Source of the DNA: Phoronis australis | Lineage: Eukaryota; Animalia; Phoronida | Reading direction: 5' to 3' | DNA: 64,000 bases | Assembly (NCBI GenBank): GCA_002633005.1 | Contig: NMRA01000019.1 | Span: 1,357,604 to 1,421,603 of the forward strand | Part shown: positions 38,756 through 50,241 of the stretch, piece after piece | Layout of the letters: every line of letters begins with the position of its first letter | Numbering within the stretch: position 1 is the stretch's first letter | Notes under the pieces: generated by a model | What the model was told of the DNA's origin: nothing | Databases searched by the model: none | The model's input: only the letters and a program-made list of their open reading frames with translations | Translations under genes and position numbers: made by a program

Positions 38756-40925
38756 TAGTAGCCTAAATACGTATATGTGAGTAAGTGAGTAGGCCTAAGT
38801 TAATTCGCGAAGAGTAGAAACAGCAAGTGGAAGTTCGTTAAGGCCTAATTGCTTAGGAATTTTACTATCATTTACCTGCGTTAAAAGGCAGCAATAGACT
38901 TCATACCGTAATCAAATGTAATTTACCGTGTAGGCTGGGTATGACATAGCTAGTGTAGCCTGTGACTGTGTGTGTAGGCCTACATTGGATACAAGTACTA
39001 TAGACATTAACGTGTTTTAAACTGCTTAAAAATATCCTTGTTCCTCTGATGTCAAACCTGTCTGAAAAGGTGGTAAACAGATCAAACCATGATGTGTATA
39101 CATAAAAATGGAAGGCCTATTGATGTAGCTGAACATATTTTGGCACTCTGAAAGGAGTGAAAGGGCGTGATCCCCATTTTGCTCAAACGGGGTCTAAGTT
39201 GATAGTTTAAGGGGCAATAGTCCAAAAAAGCTGGCTTAGCTGTCCTTTCAGACTACACAAACATGCACTCTCTTTCTATTATCTTTTAGTCATTGTTCGT
39301 TAGTTCGAAGCACATATAAATAATGGACATTCTGCTATTAATGGTCGTGAAGCCACACGTGTCTCGTGAGCCACCATTGTTTGTGTTGCTATAACGGCAT
39401 TTTCCGGTGGCTCCTAACTTGTTCGATTCTATAACCAAACTACAAGTTGGGAAGATAACCCCTGTAGCCAATATCTTACACGACTGATTAACTCCATTCT
39501 GGCATTAAAGGTTGGAGGACCAGCTCTCTTTTCTTCGATAAATGCTATAATCTCCAATAGATCATATCTAGCCTGACTAAGCTGTGCTGTTAAAAATAAA
39601 AGTTAAGTTATAACATATTCGAACATAAACCAATAGCATTTCTGCGATCCTCGTCCAATAGTGATAATGTTTAGTTTTCGAAATGCCAAAATCGCTCAAC
39701 TACAACCAAAGTTACAACAATCTATTCTTTCCGAACGTACCAATTCGCTCTGGGTTTGAGAGTGTTCACACATGGTCTGTAATAAGCCTGGTAGATAATT
39801 GGCCTGCTTGTTGTCATATCAGACAAAAGACTGTGCTTGGCAGTTAACAAAGAAGTTAGATGTTTATTTTTATTCTCCCAGTTCAACATAAGCAAGGACA
39901 AAGGTCTGGGCTTCCCTTGCCTTACTTTACAATTCAGAGAAATTAAAGTTAACTAAGTTAAATGTATACTTGAACCGGATTTTTTAAATACATTTAAAGA
40001 AAAAAAAAACATGTAAGACAGTGTAGTAGTGTATGGCTCTAAAAATGGGAGATAGTATTTTGGAATGATAAAATATCCTTACATTGCTTTTAAATTATGC
40101 ATTTGTGACCACCTGTTTGTAAATTTTTTGACTAAATTTATTTTTCGCAGGAGTAATAACTGTTAATTTCTTTTGTTAATATAATTAAATTTGGAGGTTT
40201 ACCATTGAGACGTTGCTTATATAAATGGAACTTGCAAAGACACAAGATTAAATTTTGAATTTTCTGTCTTCTACATCTGCTTCCAAAACAAAACTGTGAG
40301 TACATTTGTACCCAGGGAGATATTGGTTTTTTTCTAACTCAATCTTCAACATTGTTTCAAAAATTTTAAACAACATCACATTGCCAGTATAATAGAAGGG
40401 CAATTTCGTGAAAAGGTCAACCTCGAGTCAAAATATTAAAATTGCGACTACACTAACATTTTTGGTCTCATCTGAAAGCCCATTCTCTCTAGTTTCAGGA
40501 CCCATATTTGACTGTCCTATAACTTTCATTTTTTGCCTAAATGGACCCATTTTGGGGGTCACCTGACTCTAAAAAATTAGCTCAATTTTCATGTGAGTTG
40601 CTAATTATTGTCATGAAAAAGCTAATTATAGGTATTTCACTATACTATCTAATTTGTGCAGTCACATGAACCCTCAACCTCCTCGCTTCCAAAAAGTAAG
40701 GCAACTCTGCATCCACAGCTGTCAAGACCTTTCTCACAATATCGTTAGGGCTGAACATAGGAACCCCTGTAAAATCATTTTGAAACAGCACTTGTTGTCC
40801 ACTATGGGAAGCCCGGTGAAGACATTGAACCATAAATGAGATGATGTTAAAATCTTTTAAGACCATTTTGATTAACATGTATTGTGCATATTGCGCTGCG
40901 TCTTAGTTAAATAAACCCAAAAATA

Positions 40926-41053
40926 TTAATAATATTGATAACCATATCGATAATGGTAATAGTAGTAATAGCGGTAATTGTAGTAAAGGTAGTAATAGCA
41001 GTAATAGTAGAAATAGTAGTAATAGTAATGTAATACTAATAAAAATGATAATG
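40926..41053 (+). repeat. (TAG/TAA)n degenerate trinucleotide repeat
   Basis: Direct reading; produces the poly-Tyr tail of ORF 40926..41246. Confidence 0.85.
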
Positions 41054-41078
41054 GGTAGCCAATTTCATGCCGTTTTAG

Positions 41079-41356
41079 CCCGGAGGGCATTCCTATAGAA
41101 GTAGTATACGAAAAGTGCCGCCCAAAAGGTTTGTTCACAGCAAAAAAACTCCGAAATGGTGCCATTTTTGACAGAATGCAATCTAAAAGTGTGCCTTTTC
41201 TGAATTTCTGGAACTGAACTGTGCGAAAATATGAATTTTTACACAAAATTAGTCCCTAAATGGGTCAGTTTTTGTCCGAGCCCACTCTCTAAACTGGTTG
41301 GTATCGAAATTATTCGGGCGGCACCCCTCATCCAAAAATACTCCTGTACCCCCGGC
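41079..41356. mobile_element. Possible MITE with CCCGG termini
   Basis: Left CCCGGAGGGCATTCC, right GTACCCCCGG; similar in style to 11202-11625. Confidence 0.35.
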
Positions 41357-41409
41357 CATGTCAGATACCACTCCTTCGTGATTTTGGTAATTTTCCTTGT
41401 AATATGACA

Positions 41410-41563
41410 TTGGTTTCGTAAAATGCAATGCTACATTTCTCCCATGTGCATTCAACATAAAATGTAACAATTTGTTACATTTTAGGAGAGACATTGCAAG
41501 GTAAAATGTAACACTGATGTAACAGTGGTTACATTTTACAACTTGTTACATTTTACAGGGATC
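41410..41563. mobile_element. Small palindromic MITE built from AAAATGTAACA / TGTTACATTTT motifs
   Basis: Several inverted TGTAACA/TGTTACA motifs; ends TGGTTTCGTAAAATGCAA and GTTACATTTTACAGGGATCA. Confidence 0.5.
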
Positions 41564-41789
41564 AGAGCCTGCTGATGGGATTAAGTCATACCACTGGCGT
41601 TCATCAAGTCCTTAGAGCCTTTGTTATCAGCTACTGAACAGAATAGTCTTGTGATGATTTTGAAACAAAATATTTCTTAATTTCATATTCTCAAGTCGCA
41701 CATATCTTCAGTGATGTTTGAAGCTGACAGTGCATAGTAACTTTATTTTTCCATTAGTGGTTTATGCTGCAAAACATTTCAAGTGACAG

Positions 41790-42110
41790 TGTGTGTGTTC
41801 ACTGAAATGTATGTGTTCATCAAAAAGTGTGTGTTCATTAAAATGCACATGTTTATCAAAATGTATGTCTTCACTAAAATGTAAAGTGTTCACCAAAATC
41901 ACATATTCATCGAAATATATGACGTTCACCAAAATGTACATGTTCACTGAATGCATGCGTGTGTTCTCTGAAATGCATGTGTTCATCGAAATGGATATTA
42001 TCAGTGAAATGTATGTATTTATCGAAATTTTTGTGTTCACCAAAATGTATGTGTTCACTGAAATATGTGTTTCCACAAAATGTATTTGTTCATCAAAATG
42101 TAGGTGCTCA
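41790..42110 (+). repeat. 18-bp minisatellite, about 17 degenerate copies (GTGTTCACTGAAATGTAT)
   Basis: Clear 18-nt periodicity; explains the repetitive ORFs 41762..42124, 41793..42137 and 41959..42156. Confidence 0.9.
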
Positions 42111-42180
42111 CTTTCTCTATTCATCTTTCAGGTTTAGTCGATATGAACCAGTTTAAACACGAACTACTTTCTTAAGCAAC

Positions 42181-42501
42181 ATGGAGCCACTAGTGAGGAC
42201 TTTCCGAGTGCTGTCAAGACTGCATGTCAGCACACGGTTTCAACTTTTACAAAACCTAGCTTCGCGCAGCAGCTATAGTTTTCCTATGTGTTGTTCTGCT
42301 GCTGATATTCATACTTCAACAAACCGTGCTTCACGATATGAAAATGTAGGACATGACCCTGATCACGTGCCGCGCTACATGCCACGCAGAGCAATGCTGT
42401 ATGTGCCTGGCAGCGATAAGAAAAAGCTCATGAAGATACCAACATTTAAAGTCGACTGTGCTGTCATGGATTGTGAGGATGGTGTTGCAGCATCTCGCAA
42501 G
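42181..42501 (+). CDS. CLYBL: CLYBL coding exon 1 (exon acceptor at 42132)
   Basis: MEPLVRTFRVLSRLH...PRRAMLYVPGSD...DCEDGVAASRK; in-frame upstream stop at 42154-42156 fixes the ATG; donor AAG|GTTGGT. Confidence 0.92.
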
Positions 42502-45500
42502 GTTGGTCGAAATTCAGGTGGAATTAAATACTCCAGTTTATCAAGTGGGTGCCATTATTGCAAAGCAGAGATTCATGTAGAGTAGAAAGAGAAAGGGATT
42601 TTATGAGTCATATTTACTAGCATATACCAACATATTGATACATATTTACTAGCATATTGATACATATTTACTAGCATATACCAGCATATTGATACATATT
42701 TACTAGCATATACCAGCATATTGATACATATTTACTAGCATATACCAGCATATTGTTACAATAACTAAATTGTTGTTCTTATGTATTGCATGATGGGTGT
42801 GCCAAGTTAAAAAATTACCTTCTGTGTTCATGTGTAAGCCCCATAAATGCTTTGTGTTAGTCATTTTATGGAGTAGATTGCTGTAATCTGGAGTATTATA
42901 TTAAAGGCGAATGCCACCCGATTTAATTAGTCTTTTTTGCCGCCTTAATCGGTCTATTTCCACATCGCCTCGCATAGGGTCGACCTTACCTTGCCAAGAG
43001 GTGTCGCGTTAACCTGTGAGGAAGGTGAGAAACTATGCTAACGTCGTCAGTGGTTCATATGCAGAGTGTATGCCGCTATGATGCGGTGTATCGTTCCCGC
43101 TTGTCCGAACTAAGCAGCCGCGAGGAAAGCGAGTATATCGTTTTTTTACTTCCTCCAGAGTCCGAAATGCTTAGGAAGTGGTTCATGGTAGTAAAGAATG
43201 AAATGTACGCTGTAAATAGCAAGTATGAGGCCGTGAAACATCTCCGTGTCTGTGGCCTGCAGACGACGTCGACAGTGCCTCACGAATGCCGGCTTACCAA
43301 ATAACTCCATACGTTCCGTTGTCTGAGCTTGTTCACGGCGCCTCTCTAGTATTTCTTCATCACTGTATTCCTCCTGCTACGGGCCTTATTGGCCTGCCGA
43401 ACTTTGTAGGCTACGGTGTGTCCAAATACCAATAAATCCGTAAGAGCGAAATAAAACAACACGTTTTTATAAGAACTCGGTGTATCTAAAAGGGTTTTGC
43501 ATCGAAGTTTGACGATTTATTGGTGTTAAACGATGACTCCAAGCGATAAGCTGACACCAGTAACCCGTGTTGTGAACTGCTGAACAGAATGCGTGTGAAA
43601 CCGATGACGTAATTGGATAATTTCAATACCTCCGTCTGCCGTCAGGTGTCAGGTAACGCAACCGCACGTGTAGTTATGGAGTAGAACAACTCGATCTAAA
43701 TTGTTACAAATTGTTTTTTGGGTGGCATGATCCTTTAATTTTAATAATTTGTTCCCAATCTCCTTTTACTGACTATGCTATCATTTTTATTGCAAAGTTT
43801 AACCTGGAATTGAAATGTTAGCTGCTGTCACAATCCAATGTCTACCAAGGATTGAATTGCGACACCATGGTGCTACAAAATTTAATTATTTTCTTTCTAT
43901 TTTTGTTGAAGGATGATGCTCGTAACAACATACGTGAAATGCTCGACTCAGTGTTAGACTTTGGTAAAAATGAATGCGCAGTGCGTATCAACTCAGTGGG
44001 CAGTGGGCTTGCGGAGGAGGACCTGAGAGTGATATTAGGAGCAAAGCACCTGCCTCATACATTGATGGTGCCCAAATTGGAAGACGCTTCAGAGATAGAA
44101 TGGGTAAAGGAGCTCTGGTGAATCTTGGATGTCCTGACTACAATGTCCAAATGAAATTATTTGCAATACCCCTAACAATATTCTGCTGTGTTTTCTTAAA
44201 AATTTTATAATTTTTGGTCTTGCCTATGCGAGCCTCCTTAATTTGTTTGTGTTACTGTAGGCAGGGGTGAAATCATGACAGTTTGATGTAACCTAGATTT
44301 TGTTTGTAAACCTAGTAAAAATCCCATGTTGCCATGCAGTTGACATGCACACACTCCAAATGCTACAGCAAATCAACAGACATAAGTCGCAATTGTTCGG
44401 CAGGGTTCCATTTACCATCTGTGCACGGGTAATGTATGCCAATCGTCTGCTGATTTAGGAGCTTATTTGAGATGCTCTTAATATTCCATTTGACGAACAA
44501 CTAATATTTAAAAAATACCACCTGGACAAAATCGGATGAACACTTGCTGAGTTTGCTGGTTCTTTTAATCAGCTGTTTTATTTTCGGCTGCTGTCAACTA
44601 TTTGTCATTTGTAGGGGCAGCTCATTTGCTCCCCTTCATCCTTGTTTTGGTGCCCCCATTTCCTGTTTGGCGACCTGGGGTTAACTAAGTGTCGAGCCCT
44701 GTGTGAGACCGCCATGTGTTGATTTTGTGTTGGTTGAGGGTTGTACTATATGTGCAGATGTTTGGGGCTGCTTCTTGCATTATTTGAAATATAAGAACAC
44801 AGGTATAATGCACATGTATGGTAGTCGTGAAAAGACACAGTCAGTGGAGTATGCATGTGGCAGGGGAGCCTTCATGTAGTCGTTTGCAGTATTGTTAGTA
44901 GGCAGTGTGTTATGAATAAGTTTAAAGTGAAATAACATGTCACTAGAAGCTGGGTTTGTGAACTAAGACAAATTTGATGTTTATGTGTGAAACACATTTG
45001 AAGATCGAGGCATATACCATTTTCTTAATAGGTTAGCCGCGGTTTTCACTACAGAGACTTGGTAGATTTGATAGCTGCTATGTGTCCACCTTTTGTTAAA
45101 AATACTGATTATTTAGTCCACTTCCTGAGGATGAAGCTGGACATTAGTCAGATGGTTCTGATGTCTGGGCTTGGAAAAGACTATCAGTTGGTTATTGCTT
45201 GAGGCCATGTGTGGCACTGAAGATGACCATCCTGGTCAAGTCAATTTATAGAGCCTGATGTTGAACACTTAACAAGCCCATTTATTTAGCTCTTCATAGG
45301 TCTTCAACTGTGAGTGAGACCAATTTATCTTGCCAGTGGTCCAGATCCAAATTTCAAAATATTTCATTAAAGTTGGTACATTACAGCTTTTACCGTGATT
45401 ACTAAAACCAAGGTCCATTGCGCCATTGCAGATTGCTGAGAGATTATCTCACTTGCTCAAGTACCGAGAACTTGAACAGGAGATCAACCTGGTAGTGTTT

Positions 45501-48500
45501 GTGGAGAGTGCATCTGGTCTGATGAAGCTCAAGGATATCTGTCTCAAGGCAGAGCACTTGGCTGTTTACTGCCCGTATATTTTGGACGGTGTCGTGTTTG
45601 GCTCGGACGACTTCTGTGCTGATATTGGTTTGTAGACATAGCAGCAGTCGTTATGAGTGATGCTCAATAATAGTTCTGGTGTTCCCATGTGAAAATGGGT
45701 GAAAGTAATCCCATGTATTCTTCAAGCAAATTTTTATTTGGAAAAATTTTTGTAGTGGAACACAAACTTGCTGGTATCATGAGTTCGACTAAATTTTGCT
45801 GGTTTAATACTGGGAAAATTATTCACGAGCTCCATGGTTTCCTGATTCAGTTGGAACTCTGATCATTATCTATCATTAAACCAGTGGTGGTGGCCCATGC
45901 ATTGCACTGCACTGACTGTGTAGTGTCAGTGTCTGCCAATAGGGGCGACATTACTTTCCGGTATTCATAGACCTTTTGGGGACATGACCAATTATAGAAA
46001 AAATGCATCTATGGATTCCAAATACTTGGGAACGTCACCAATGATACAAAATTTTGAGGTGATCGTTAAAATAGCTGCTTGTACGAATTGTCAAAGTGTC
46101 TTTCTATTTTTGGAAGGTTGCTGGTTGCTACAAATGTTTGAATTTTTACAAGACGTTGTGTTATGGCTGTTTTACAGTACAAACCATCCTTGTAGTAGAA
46201 AGTTTTTGTCATGCTTTGTTTGATGAGAAATTTGGCAAGATAGAATTCCAATTGTCTACTATAGTGTGTGCTTAGCAGGTGTATAAAAGACCGTTTTGCT
46301 AGTTTCACAAACTGAGCAGGGGAAGTGGGAAAAATGGCCATCCTGTTAGTTTTATAACCCTGCACAGGAAAAACCATCATGAGGTCTTATAAACCCCAGG
46401 CAGATTGATAATGGACATCAACAGGTTAGCACCATGGAATCATCAAAAGTGTACTAACAAAAATCTTGCTTCTTAAGGGAAGTCAAAAGTAGTAATTGTT
46501 ACACAACTTTGGCTTTCCTAACATAAATTGCGTCAGAATATCTATTATTTGAAAACACATCAAATGCTCCACTGGCAGCAAATACTAATAAAGCCTCACA
46601 AAATATAACGTGGTGTCACTGGTTCCCTATTGTAAGAATTGCTCTTCCACTGGCAAATTAAGATTATAGCAGTTATGTGGCAATTTATGAAATAAATTGT
46701 CTCTTATTGTATTTTCTAAGCTTCCTAGGTTGTAAATAACAGCTTACAGAGGTCAGGAATCAGTTGTTCAGCAGTGGAGCCAAGTTCACAAGTGCTATTT
46801 GGAGGTTCTTGAACAAGAGGAAGGGGGGAGGGGGCTGCTGAGCAGCCAGTGAATTGTTTGCTAATTCTTTCAGAAAGACCAAGTTTATGGTATTTCTTGT
46901 GTTCAATAATTTAGTTTGAAAGGATTGCTGCAACTGGAGCATGAACTTACTGTTTTCAGTGACAACAAATTATCAATAATCTCACATTGTATTAAGTTCA
47001 TATTTATAATGGAGAATATTACCTTCTTGTGCCAATGTCATTTGCTGAAACTTAGTACTTATTTGTGTTTCAGGGGCCACGAGAACTAATGATGCCTCAG
47101 AGCTGCACTACGCCAGGCAAAAGATTGTAGTCATATGTAAAACTTTCCGCATTCAAGCGATTGACATGGTCTACATTGATTACAAAGGTGGGTTTGGTTA
47201 CACAAAGTTGAGACATGTCGGAACGAATAGCTGATAACCAATAATGTCCCGATAATGTTCCAACAGTCAGGAACAGCTCATTCACATGTAAGAGAGTGAT
47301 TGGTTCAATCTTGACATTCAAATTTATACTGAATCAATCATTCAGTGTGACCCATTTTGGCTTTTCCAAAAGACAAGAAATTGCCAATAATGGCTCTAAT
47401 GTATTGAAATGAAGAGTTGGTGAGAGATGGCCACAGTTGACTAAGCCACTGTGAGGCTGCACTTGCACGTGGTTTCGGTTGTGAAGACTTGTTCAGATTA
47501 AAAAGTTTGCGATTAACTCGCGTCAGATTTGCCACCAATGGGCAACAAATACACTTACTTAATAATTACATCATTGCACAAATTTATTGGACGGTAAAGC
47601 ATGGTTGAATTGCTATTCCAGAGTTTGTATTTTCAGGGTGTAACAAGTTATTCTCTGCCACTTTTGTTCTAAACTATCACTTTATGTCGTCTGATTACAT
47701 TTGTCTTATTCTCTATAAATCACGAGTCGCATCCGACTGACTGTCATTGCATTCAACTTCATAAATTGACGTCTATTTCCTCTTTTCAGTTGCTTGCAGC
47801 ATTGGTGACAATTGCATCGTACATATTATACCAATGATGCGTCAAACTTTTCATCATTTCTTTGGGTTGAGAAATTTGATCACATAAATTCTTACTTTTC
47901 CTCTTTTTTGTCTTCTAAATGCAAGGGGCGGACTTTACATTGTTTGTCTCTTGTGGTAATGACATCAGCTTTATATTGTAGATCCTGAGGGACTCAAGCT
48001 GCAGTCAGAGGAGGGGGCTCGCATGGGCTTCACTGGCAAGCAAGTTATCCACCCGTCACAGATTCCTATAGTGCAGACAGCTTTCTCGCCCAGCCCTGCT
48101 ATCACTGAGTGGGCGTTTGAACTTATCAAGTCTTACGAGGCTCACAGCGAGTCGGGAACGGTTAGTAAACTGAAGTTAAAGCTGCATTGTGCTCTGTTGG
48201 CTCAAAAATGAAAGTCTAGTGAGGCGTTTCACTCTAATAAAATCATTCTTATCATATTCCTTATTGTGATGGGATTCTATCAAGTCACAGGTAATGCGCA
48301 TTTTCGATTGTGCAGTTTTAGGGTTGACCAACCTCAACAAACTCTGAATTTGTTTCTTTAGTCGCTGGTAGTTTCCATGTTCTTGATGGTATTGAAAATA
48401 GAATTTTATCACCTCAAGGAATATTATGAGACTGTTTATACGTCGACATCTTTATATGTGGTTGCATATTGTTGTTGTCTCTGCCCGCGCGCCCGCTGCT

Positions 48501-50105
48501 GTTTCGCCTAAACCCCTTGCCGGAACTTGTTAAAATTTGGCAGGTATGTTCCAATGGAGATGACAACTGATGGTGACGAGTTTCAAACCAATCGCACAAC
48601 AGCTGTGCCCCCTTTTGTCTAGTTTATTTTTTAGGTTTGCCTCTGTATTTTTGGAATTCATAGACGGATTTTTGGGAAATTTGGCAGATAGGTTTTTATG
48701 AAGTAGATAACAATGCTTTTCTAGTTTCAGAATGTTTTTGTCATATTCTGCTTCACCTAGGGGTCATTGTTATTGGCATCCTCTTCTTTATCTACCAAAC
48801 TGCTCAAAAGACCATTATAAATTAACTTAGTGTTATGTGTTCCTGATGAGACTATGGCTGACACTGAATTTCAGATGGGTCTGACGAGTAGTGTCCCCTA
48901 GTGGTGATTTTGTATTTTTTGCAATCTTGTCTGTAGCTCCCTATTCCTTTGCAGGATCTTTGAAAACTTTTGTGTGACAAAGGATGCCCATGACTTTTGG
49001 ACAGCTCTGACTACCATTGCGCGCCCTAGTGGCAATTTTAATTTTTACATTTGCCTTACATCTTCCGAGTTCCTTGATCTTTTTAATGAACTTTTGCGAG
49101 CAAGTTTCTATTATCAAGTTTAGAGCACCTTTTCATTTTAGGATGCATGCTACGTATTTTCTGCTACTTATAGGCTATTTTAATTATTTCCGAGTCTGTT
49201 TTTTGTTGTCTGCTTCTGTTTGTGCCAAACCACTCAGCATTGTCATGTAAATTGGCAAATGTGTCCCTTCTGACAAGAGCTCAAATGATTTTCAGACAGG
49301 TCCAACTATTGTGGTGACCTTTAGTGACAAGATTCACCCAATTTTGAATGGATTTGACGTATTTCACGCCATCTACTGGTCGTTCTCGTGATACTAAAAA
49401 TACCTTAGAAGCAACCGTTTGTGGTGCTGTCATCAGCGCTTTTCAACGCTCCACGTTGCTTGTTTTTTAAGAGTAAAAGGCCAAATTCAATTTTTATTTT
49501 TAGCCTAAGTAGGACAAAATGCAGGCTTAAAGAAGATGCAAATGCCAAGTTTTCTTCCAGGGATTTATGTTAGCAGTACAGCCAAAACCAATCACTGCAT
49601 TTTGTACAGTGTCAGACTAACAAAATCATTGGATGACATTATTTTTTGCCCGTCATGTATTCTTAATTTTTTTAGAAGTTGTAGGAAAATGTTCTCAAAT
49701 ACGTTGGTGCTCAGAGAGGCTAATTCTCTGCAGGTTTACTGTGTCAAGTTTTTGTTTTTTTAATTGAATCTCAAAAAATTGGTGTTTTACGTCCAAGGTT
49801 TGCATTATCGTGAACCTAAATTACATAAACGTATACGTGCATGGTATGATTAAAGCATGTTTTTGATTTAAATGCATACGGTCACAACGCATTATAAAAG
49901 ATTTTATTTATAACATTCTCTTGTTCATTTTTGGCTGAAACAAAATAGTTGGGTATTATCTCTTGTCATCTATTCATCAATTGAAATATTGAATTTTCAG
50001 GGAGCATTTGAATTCAGAGGGAAGATGATCGACAAACCGTTACTGTTACAAGCGCAAAACATCAAAGAACTTGCATTAGCTATCAATGAAATGGAATCAT
50101 CTTAG
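42181..50105 (+). CDS. CLYBL: Citrate lyase subunit beta-like protein / citramalyl-CoA lyase, mitochondrial; 6 coding exons, 368 aa
   Basis: Exons 42181-42501, 43912-44103, 45432-45627, 47074-47187, 47982-48160, 50001-50105 join to 1107 nt with GT-AG junctions. CitE/HpcH motifs: PRRAMLYVPG, DCAVMDCEDGVA, VRINS, PK, VES, FGSDDFCADIGA, AIDMVYIDY, MGFTGKQVIHP, GAFEFRGKMIDKP. Arg/Ser-rich, acid-poor N-terminus. Confidence 0.96.
42609..42758 (+). repeat. 32-bp tandem repeat x5 (one copy has a 10-bp deletion)
   Basis: CATATTTACTAGCATATACCAGCATATTGATA units, nearly identical. Confidence 0.92.
42905..43734. mobile_element. Non-autonomous Kolobok-like DNA transposon in CLYBL intron 1
   Basis: TTAA on both sides (42901-42904, 43735-43738); imperfect TIRs AGGCGAATGCCACCC / GGGTGGCATGATCCT; CpG-rich interior. 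Confidence 0.7.
43912..44103 (+). CDS. CLYBL: CLYBL coding exon 2
   Basis: DDARNNIREML...ECAVRINSVGSGLAEEDL...MVPKLEDASEIEW; 192 nt. Confidence 0.93.
45432..45627 (+). CDS. CLYBL: CLYBL coding exon 3
   Basis: IAERLSHLL...VFVESASGL...GVVFGSDDFCADI(G); 196 nt. Confidence 0.93.
47074..47187 (+). CDS. CLYBL: CLYBL coding exon 4
   Basis: ATRTNDASELHYARQKIVVICKTFRIQAIDMVYIDYK; 114 nt. Confidence 0.94.
47982..48160 (+). CDS. CLYBL: CLYBL coding exon 5
   Basis: PEGLKLQSEEGARMGFTGKQVIHPSQIPIVQTAFSPS...HSESGT; 179 nt. Confidence 0.94.
48435..49464 (-). mobile_element. Degenerate HINE-like element in CLYBL intron 5, related to 15036-15375
   Basis: 48436-48490 aligns to the reverse complement of the 15320-15372 hairpin end; internal CCCTAGTGG motifs; other end reads AAACAAG on the minus strand. 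Confidence 0.5.
50001..50105 (+). CDS. CLYBL: CLYBL last coding exon
   Basis: GAFEFRGKMIDKPLLLQAQNIKELALAINEMESS*; ttttcag acceptor, TAG stop. Confidence 0.94.
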   Translation, partial: GAFEFRGKMIDKPLLLQAQNIKELALAINEMESS

Positions 50106-50235
50106 TGGTCTTGTTTCAACAGAGATGTGTGAGGGAAATTGTGTTGTGTTCTGAATATTGGAGTGGTATTTATAAACTTTCGCAAACACTAATGATGTTA
50201 TGCTCTGACAAGCAGCGAAGCAACTGTGAACTAAA

Positions 50236-50241
50236 AATAAA
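50236..50241 (+). promoter_or_regulatory. Candidate CLYBL polyadenylation signal
   Basis: First AATAAA about 130 nt after the stop codon; an ATTAAA also occurs near 50332. Confidence 0.4.

Noticed and set aside
40926-41246. ORF with a poly-Tyr tail
   Set aside because: Translation of a (TAG/TAA)n simple repeat joined to a MITE-like sequence.
41762-42156. His-rich and Cys/Met-rich repetitive ORFs that look like metal-binding peptides
   Set aside because: Translation of an 18-bp minisatellite; open in several frames on both strands, inside an intron.
42609-42758. 32-bp direct repeats resembling a CRISPR array
   Set aside because: Units are contiguous with no spacers, the context is a eukaryotic intron, and there are no cas genes.
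1241-50105. Minor-spliceosome (U12) or non-canonical introns in either gene
   Set aside because: All traced junctions are GT-AG and none has the GTATCCT/ATATCCT donor.
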